IMG/VR virus record: IMGVR_UViG_3300005512_000251
Span: 1-28,340 of that record
Origin: a virus
Lineage: Duplodnaviria; Caudoviricetes
Length of the DNA stretch: 28,340 nt
Strand: one strand, 5' to 3'
This document shows, in pieces, positions 8,701 through 14,600 of the stretch (position 1 is its first letter; each line of letters opens with the position of its first letter). Under the pieces are notes generated by a model. The model was not told where the DNA came from. It did not search any database and was given only the letters and a program-made list of their open reading frames with translations. The position numbers were made by a program, and so were the translations under genes.

Positions 8701-11097
8701 GTAGTTGCTTCCATACTGAAGATCACGAACAATAGCATTGATGAAGTGTCCGATGTCTCTACGGCACTTCGTAGGACCACCAGGAACAACTAGATTGGGG
8801 AATTCATCTACTAATCTTAGATAGACTTCATCAGTGATAAAGTCAATGTTGTTTCTAATAAGTAAGCAAGCATCTTGATATCTTCTATCAACAGGTGTTG
8901 CAATTGGGAAGGAGTTTGGTGAGTTGAGAAGTGAAATTGTAATTGACTTCTCATGTGATGCTACAGTGGCAAACTGCCCTGGATCAAAGTTTGAATCTGA
9001 TAGAGAAGGAACTTTTTTAGGAATTACAAATCTTCTTGATCTACCGTCAGCATCATCGAAAATTTTGTAAATTCTTTGCTTACCATTGAGGAAAGAAAGA
9101 TCTGGACTTGATGTTGGCAAACCAGAAATGGTGATCTCTTGTCCTGGTTTGAAATCATGGGTGTTCTGTCTACCTACAAGAGCATTGGTGTAGAATACAA
9201 TACCGCCAAGATCTTCTGCGCTACCAAATTGATCTTCTTGGAATCCCCCAGTAGCAACTTCAGGAGTTCCTTGTTGTGAGAAGTCAATTCTTACAATAGG
9301 TAAAGTTGTAGTAAGATCTTCATTTACTGATACAACTTCGCCCTCTGCTCTAATTGATCTAATATCAGTAGATACAAACTCATAAGCAGCTCTTAGGAAT
9401 GTAAATTCTACTGTGCCATTTGTAGCAGCACCAACAGAATGAACTGGTGGAGTAGTTCCAGATGTTCCAGCAACAGTTACGGTATAAACATAATCATTCG
9501 CCCATACTACCTGCCCTAATGTGTATGCTGTTGATGGTTCCCATCTGACAGTTCCTGTTCCACCATACTGGAATGTTTCGCCAGTATTAAAAGAACCGCT
9601 TGTTATATCAGCATCTACTGTTCCACCAACATAAGCATTTGCTCCCGTAGTTGTTGTAAACGAAACACTAGATAGAGTAGCAGTAGCGCCACTGTTTACA
9701 CCGCGAATTGGAAGACCAGCAGTGAGTTGATCTAGACCAGTGTTTGTCTGGAAAGAAACTCTAATTCTGTTTGGACCAAAGATCTGATGTCCTACTGGGA
9801 AGTCTCTTTCAAAGTCTCCACCTGTTGTAGCATCATAGTAAATTCTTTGCTTGTCATCGAATACCATAGCAAAGTCCCATGTTGCCACGGGATCGCCAGC
9901 ACTATCAATCTGATCTCTAAATGTAAGTCCAGTTATATAATTTTTATCCCCAAACTTAAACATGTGTTTACGGGGATTTGCTGGTCTAACAATAACTAAA
10001 CGAAGGTTATCACCAACAATAGAAGCATCTGGCGGGATTGAAATTGGGTTATCTTCTACATAATCACCTCCAGAAACAATAACAGTTTCTTTTACACCAG
10101 GAGTTTGCCATGCAAGTTGACATGCTTTTTTGATTGTTCTTACTGGAGCAACTGCCGAACGACCATCGTTTGTATCGCTACCAATCTGCTGAGAAACATA
10201 GATACGACCACCAACGTCATTCGTTGCTAGGTTTAGGACGTATTCTGTAGTAGCAATCTTATTTGATCTGTCACCCAACTGTGGAGTGATGGAACGTGGG
10301 AAAGCACCACTGTCTCCTGTTAGTCCATAATGGACTGCATTAGTATCATCTACTCTATAACCAATGTGGAGAAACTCAACTTCTCCATTTAGTTCAATAC
10401 CATCTGTATGCTCTGGTCCAGTTGTTCCAGTCTGTCCCGAGTTTTGGGATTCGTAGATATTTGATCCGAAATATCTATATTCTCCTTTTTGAAGAATGAC
10501 ATTTGGAACCCAGGGAATACCAGTACCATTCGCCCAAGTCTTTAGGTATGGAGCTCTTAGGTCTGCATCTGGAGTAACAAAGTTATCGATATCAAGGTTT
10601 AGAATTCTTGCAGTATCAGAAATGATAGACGTTGATGTTCTGATAGCACCATTGATATCAAGTTCAAAATCAACAGTATCTAGAACTGCAGTAGCAGCAG
10701 CACCTGATCCGTTACCACCAGTAATAGTTACAGTTGGAGCACTAGTATAACCATCACCAGGATTATCAACAATAATAGCAACAACCGAACCATTGTTGAT
10801 TACAGCAGAAGCAAGAGCTTGAATACCACCTGTTAGATCTGGAGCACTTAGATCTACATCAGGAACAAGGGTATATCCAGAACCACCTTGATTTTCATTT
10901 ATTCGGATACTTTCAACTCGTCTTCCAGTTCTGTTAATACCAACGCGAGGCAAACCAGTAACTGGATCTAGCTGAGTTCTAAGAACTTCTTTTTCGCTAG
11001 AACCACTACCAATTCTTATAGTAGTTTCGTTGCTTCCAATTATCTGTGGATTTACACCACTGATTTTTTCTCTATCCGAGTTAAACTGAAAACTCAT
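2797..11097 (-). CDS. Giant multidomain tail fibre / virion structural protein (2766 aa)
   Basis: Fibre motifs KIATTEYV, GLDADLLDG, ELDADRLDN, RVGIGTASP and IRDASGNFSAGTIT; GxGYxxxPxV repeats; pectin-lyase-like beta-helix start IYVS...GSDTNDG...PVRTIKKA; two helical KCxRDIG repeats; upstream late promoter. Confidence 0.85.
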   Translation of the reverse strand: MSFQFNSDREKISGVNPQIIGSNETTIRIGSGSSEKEVLRTQLDPVTGLPRVGINRTGRRVESIRINENQGGSGYTLVPDVDLSAPDLTGGIQALASAVINNGSVVAIIVDNPGDGYTSAPTVTITGGNGSGAAATAVLDTVDFELDINGAIRTSTSIISDTARILNLDIDNFVTPDADLRAPYLKTWANGTGIPWVPNVILQKGEYRYFGSNIYESQNSGQTGTTGPEHTDGIELNGEVEFLHIGYRVDDTNAVHYGLTGDSGAFPRSITPQLGDRSNKIATTEYVLNLATNDVGGRIYVSQQIGSDTNDGRSAVAPVRTIKKACQLAWQTPGVKETVIVSGGDYVEDNPISIPPDASIVGDNLRLVIVRPANPRKHMFKFGDKNYITGLTFRDQIDSAGDPVATWDFAMVFDDKQRIYYDATTGGDFERDFPVGHQIFGPNRIRVSFQTNTGLDQLTAGLPIRGVNSGATATLSSVSFTTTTGANAYVGGTVDADITSGSFNTGETFQYGGTGTVRWEPSTAYTLGQVVWANDYVYTVTVAGTSGTTPPVHSVGAATNGTVEFTFLRAAYEFVSTDIRSIRAEGEVVSVNEDLTTTLPIVRIDFSQQGTPEVATGGFQEDQFGSAEDLGGIVFYTNALVGRQNTHDFKPGQEITISGLPTSSPDLSFLNGKQRIYKIFDDADGRSRRFVIPKKVPSLSDSNFDPGQFATVASHEKSITISLLNSPNSFPIATPVDRRYQDACLLIRNNIDFITDEVYLRLVDEFPNLVVPGGPTKCRRDIGHFINAIVRDLQYGSNYNVIEAAEYYIQGTQIGYVDTEIIETVRAFEYARELCIYAMRNWRTGNGTPVDPVYTPQYSSVTRYFDPTVINDVASPACANVASAINTLAYLFVDVLANNASGTVLDAAYLIARNETFIAEEALGLAEAEYPSLGLSVDDQTKCKRDIGYILEGLIRDLVLGGNAGIVNAAEFYFTGAELTGIPQSELGPTIYAFSKVKELAILAMRNWKTGDGTGPVYTPLYSATPLFTDNTILVDASTPICAGVESAINTEMALLEDILDGTIAPGATTRTYGTLYDTSNIISYPDGTIYDADNKVVTVRADYDDYPIIEASPYTQNSSIISFLGGGGALIDGSKVKQPNCPFPGLELDGSATFPNQGKSMVAAAFTIVSFGGTGYKVINDGYTQLVSVFVIFCADGVLAETGGYASITNSATNFGIFALRATGYREEAYSFDAGTITNVSQTPTGRTIFTVDGLGREPLEHYVVKIDGYSNSNPDIEYFVETVGAVTVGPPFSAQLTIDDGQGSPGSFIDDSTGNAVSTNIGTFSGATLRLHRPSIVNSSSHTWEFAGSGTNYNALPENGGTKITANEQVSQNYGRVYCSGTDELGDFKVGTFAQIENRTGAITFTGTVTISEVEFLKLKGGDIVVTGFSADNTLGGAQSSDSLLPTQKAVKDYITNNLGPYINKPYSTNAVPRALVELTDSGKISVDQIPALRPFQVYTVADEAERTSIEGALAGDIAIQQDTSTSFILNNDNDSLFLAFGVDTNLAFNTGDIFTGSVTGGQIQATEYREGVLYQINLTAGGSGYTTPPTVTISGGNPQPGAVQASAVTTIANGQVVTIEIVDFNGYLGGKGYTTPPSITITGDGNGATANGLIESRLYGDIVNNIKIVDTDDIDDSTADPNTNTVNLSRVVNTSSFDNNNWVSLSSNQIAATDITSGVIETDRLASGGAANSFTFLRGDQNFALALQSLKGAETRYFAILTADANTGSDQMQFASNGDVLVGHDVVASVTGIQANTTISGVLTAAGTTTITLSSALTATIPAGSVIEFARGASPLVLESTFTAGGFIDDVIIVNGGTGFTDGQYFDQSLSGGSGTGLRANLVVSGNAVTEIVVTDGGTGYTGDFNVTNAPTAIGSGSSLVLAAKVSTVNRMYANASIDIQRVTGNTISSDLYGTVGVARFKKAQFNLGVVGNGSVELKTGADSGLDADLLDGAQGSFYTNAGNLSSGTLPTDRLSGTYNIGISGQSGNTLRLITGVSNPTSNPAPSAFSAGIIADTKNNTADTLVDGGSRHLVLSIRNGGSGLDATYGGVRQLAFTDNDNMWIRGSGSTLNTFGSWGKVWTSLNDGPGTELDADRLDNRQGHWYQIAYNINYGILSDNRLPTYQTAKDFNNQVRVLQTNNQPRYDVYIRDQLLTTTPFLPGLTVNLYNANSQGVGTILITNVVTNSDPNDTFNNYTILTGSLTTGNFVGAERIGTAGTNVAFQDFTLNNSGNFEAAVLESDGGVAKLTLGRADGTASTPGIFFRSSTLAASDYNAKIEASGGNATNGSGSLNVTVGTANDFKVNNNVVWNAGNVTFNSANVASSAVIRDASGNFSAGTITASITGASSLNVLKAGDTMTGSLILSGASSNLIVGGTGGFTGAVTMSSNLTVDTNTLVVDATNNRVGIGTASPSTLLHLRTSSPLIMWEETDATTNNKRWVQGANSEELYWQAYSDVNAGGGNLFKMTRSNQQISTFVGVNAGNTWFVVDNTNQRLAVGRTDTSSGFKFDVGGTALVRTSLQINDASGNTGAPIVFAGSSGFKNFRIGNQVAGNDLFEITPSTAAGGTTFTLATVAGLLMDGAGNVSIGQTSVDATYKLEVGGNINFTGTLYQDGDPFVTSRWTETANTTDIYRGSKVGINKPNNTNLTYDLDVTGTVGMTGILYANGDKQWLDTYGIFKANRNTIGENVTIPQNTNAMTAGPITINNNYTITIADGASWSIV
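7912..8886 (-). repeat. Tandem ~165-aa alpha-helical protein repeat (phycobiliprotein-like) within the tail fibre
   Basis: Pairs KCRRDIGH/KCKRDIGY, AAEYY/AAEFY, AMRNWRTG/AMRNWKTG, PVYTP/PVYTP and PACANVASAINT/PICAGVESAINT. The motif cysteines are Cys778 and Cys943, 165 aa apart. Confidence 0.9.
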
Positions 11098-11133
11098 CTT
11101 ACTACGGTGCTCCGCCTAGTTATAACCTTTATC

Positions 11134-11141
11134 TATTTAGT
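11134..11141 (-). promoter_or_regulatory. Late promoter ACTAAATA upstream of the tail fibre gene
   Basis: Reads tatttagt on + in the 48-bp intergenic gap, 36 nt before the ATG. The same octamer occurs at 25117-25124. Confidence 0.7.
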
Positions 11142-11145
11142 GTTA

Positions 11146-11652
11146 TCACCAGGCAATGGAGACAACTTCAACTGACGCTACCCAACCGATTTCTTGCGTA
11201 GTTCCTGCTCTGGTGACTGAATATGAAAATCTATTTGCTGCTCCACCATCAAATGTTGTAGAAGACCAAGTTTCGCCAGTTGGAACACTATCTTTGATGA
11301 TAGTTTCTAGCGAAGAAAGAACCTGAACGTCTCCAGCAGCAGAACATGTGACAGCACTTTCAATTTTCTTAGAAATGCTACCACCACCACTATCGTTTAC
11401 TCCAACGATATGTGCTGTAATAAAACTAATTGTAGATGATGGAAGAATAATTTGAGTTCCAACATCATCGACACCAAGAACTGCTGTATTAGTTCCTCTC
11501 ATGATATATTTTGTAGTCGTTGCGTCAGAGAAGTAACTATTTTTTACTTCTAAAGAGTTTACATTTTTTAGATCTTGTAGTTCATTGACTACAGTTGTAT
11601 TGTTGACAGAAAATCCGCCAACTGAATCGTAAGTTTTAAGATTGACTGCCAT
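11146..11652 (-). CDS. Conserved hypothetical, probably virion-associated protein (168 aa)
   Basis: Intact ORF starting 2 nt after the stop of the 1700-aa gene; Ser/Thr/Val-rich beta-type composition; lies in the structural operon. Confidence 0.75.
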   Translation of the reverse strand: MAVNLKTYDSVGGFSVNNTTVVNELQDLKNVNSLEVKNSYFSDATTTKYIMRGTNTAVLGVDDVGTQIILPSSTISFITAHIVGVNDSGGGSISKKIESAVTCSAAGDVQVLSSLETIIKDSVPTGETWSSTTFDGGAANRFSYSVTRAGTTQEIGWVASVEVVSIAW

Positions 11653-11654
11653 GG

Positions 11655-14600
11655 TTAGTTCTTGAAGATGTTTTTAACTACAGTAATATTTACAACATCA
11701 CCAACAGTCAGATTATCATCCAGGGTGAATGTTACTCTGACATTATTGTTAGCATCAAAATCAAATACAGAAGTAACTTGATTTGCTCCTGTCTTGAGGT
11801 TACCAATTTCTGTATGATAAATGTCTGATCCCTTATCAATGACTTGATATTCAATCATTTCTTTATCGCCAGTTGTTTGATTGACAACAGAAACAGAAAC
11901 TCTAGCACCACTCTGAGATGCTGGATCATATAGAGTAGCAGCACCAGCATTTGTTCCACCTTTGATAAGTCCAATATCACTGGTTGAAATTGCTAGATCT
12001 GCCAATTCAAATATTGATAGATCACTGTTGAATAGTTTTAGACCGTCAAATGAACCAGTTCCAAATGCTTTGTTTAGATAGATATCGCCGTTGATATCTA
12101 ATCTCAAAAGAGGATCAACATTCAATCCAACAGCAAGACCAAGATCTAGATTATCTTTGGTGGTTGAAATGAATGTAGAAGTTCCAGAAGTATCAATGGT
12201 AGCAGAAAGAGAGTTGAATGTAACTGTCTGTGCTTCAATGTCTAAGTTATTATTCTGAGATGTGATCGCATCAATGTTTGTAAAATCTAAAGCATTTGCG
12301 CTGAGGCGCATTGTATTGATACCATCATTATAGAAGTAGAGGATATTTTCATTTGCTCCAGGTGCTGTCTCTGGAATAATGTAAGTATTACCATCTACAT
12401 CCTTGACTCCACCCAATGAAGTCCAATTGGATCCATCATAACCTTCATACTGAGAAATATCAGTGTTATATCTGATAGAACCCTGTAATGCTACACCTCT
12501 TTGGTTGTTGTCTCCAACAGGAATAACAAGAGATGTTTCTGCATCAATTGTTACCTTTTTGCCACTATTTGGTTGAATAATAAGATCATTGAGATCTGTA
12601 GAAATAACATTAGTAGAGAATCTTAGTTCTGCATTGACAACCAGATCTGTAAATCCAAGAGGATCAATTCTAACTTCTGATACTTCCTCAAATGTTAATG
12701 GAGCAATAGCAGTAGTATACCAAGTTAGTTCAGCAGTTCCGTTTGTTGCTGCTCCAGTAGTATGTGTTGGTTCGTTACCAGAAGTTCCAGTTTGACCTGC
12801 TACAGTTACCTCATAAATGTTATTTTGATACTTCAGATACTGACCTAGAGTTACCTGAGTGTTGGTAGTGTAATCTGTGTATGCTGGAGCTGTGGTATTT
12901 ACAGATCTAATCTTTTTGACATCTACAAACTGCAAGTAACTTGGAGTAACACTTACACTATTGTTGCCATCATTATAAAAGTATAATGTATTGTCATTAG
13001 CACCGATAGATGCCTCAGCAGCAATGTAAGTATTGCCGTCAAGGTCTCTTACACCACCAAGAGAAGACCATGATGTCGTAGAAGCACTATATCCTTCATA
13101 CTGTCCCGTATCAGTGTTGTATCTGATAGATCCATTTTCTACAACTCCAGCAGCAGGTCTATCATTTGTGGAACCAGCAGGAATTGTAAGAGCAGTGTTG
13201 GTATTGACTTTGGTTACTCTTCCAGTTGCAGGTGTTAATAAAATATTGTTTCCAGATGTGGAAGCAATATTATTATCCGTGACTATCAAAGCATCATTTA
13301 CATTTAATGAGTCTGTTGTTTTTAGTATTCCTGATGTTGTAATATTACCTGTTAATCCACTTATTTGAACTTGTGCCGAAGATCCAATATTAAAAGATCC
13401 ACTTAAGTTTGCAGTTGTTGCTGACAAATTTAATACGCCAGCAGATCCTGTGATAGTAGACGTTAGTAGTGAATTTGATGAAATAGAAACAGATGTTAAA
13501 GAATCAATAGATCCAGTATTCGAATCAATGTCTTCACACTCAATATCATTTGTTGCAAATTTTTCTGTGTTAAATTGATATGATAATAAATCTGTAGTTG
13601 ATATTTGAGAAGCTCTTACAGAAAATCCGCTACCGAAAATTTTAGGATTGTTTGTATCCAATGTCAGTGTAGATTCTAAGTTATCTTCTCCTGCCTCATC
13701 TTCGTGATTGGCGCAGTAATAATATAGTGGTGATTCTGTTAAATCAGTAACTAATATCTGAAGACTTGTTGAAGTTCTTGTTACTCCTTCAGTATATTCG
13801 GTTCCATAAAAATCTAGAGAAATATCTCCATTAGATAATGGTAACGCTGAAATAGTAATAGTAGTAGCACTATCTACACTTTCAACAAAAGTTCCTGCTA
13901 CTAAATTTCCAACTGATCCAGCAAGAACAGTAATTGCCATTCCTGGAAGAATTCCTGTTGTATCGGCAACAGTTAGTGTAGTGGAAGTTATATCGGCAAC
14001 AGAAGATACATTTTCAATATAACTAGGACTCCAAACACCATCTCTATATTTGCTAAGAGAAAAAGTATGTCCTGTATTTGATCCGTCAGAAAAATCAAAT
14101 ATATAATTATTCCCAGAATATACTGTTATGTCTGGATGTAAAGATGGTCCAGACCCAACATCAATAAAAAACTTATCTACATCTAATTCTGTATCGATTG
14201 TATATGGTGTAAACGGACTTGTAGTTGTATTTACAATTTCTTCTGTTGCATAAACCGAAGCGGCATCTACAAACATAAAATCAATATTTCCAGAAGAACT
14301 GAAAATATCATAAATTTCAGCAGTTGTGCTAGAAGATATATCATTCGAAGATAATACGAAAATAATATCATCAGTTGGACTAGATCCGCCAACCAGAGAT
14401 CCAGATATTGTTACAGTATCTCCATCAGCATAAAATCTACCAGAAGAATTTACAGTAACAAAAGGTGTGCCATCTTGAGAATCTCTGATTATATCAAAAG
14501 TAGCTCCAATACCATTTCCAGAAGTTGAAGAAGAAACATTGGTATATGAAGATCCAATATCAATAAGAGTTGATGCGGTTAAAGCAGGAACACTTAAAAT

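Noticed and set aside
11687-11693. GTAAATA as an internal late promoter for the 168-aa gene
   Set aside because: A weak match inside AT-rich coding sequence; the gene is already coupled to the upstream gene by a 2-nt gap.
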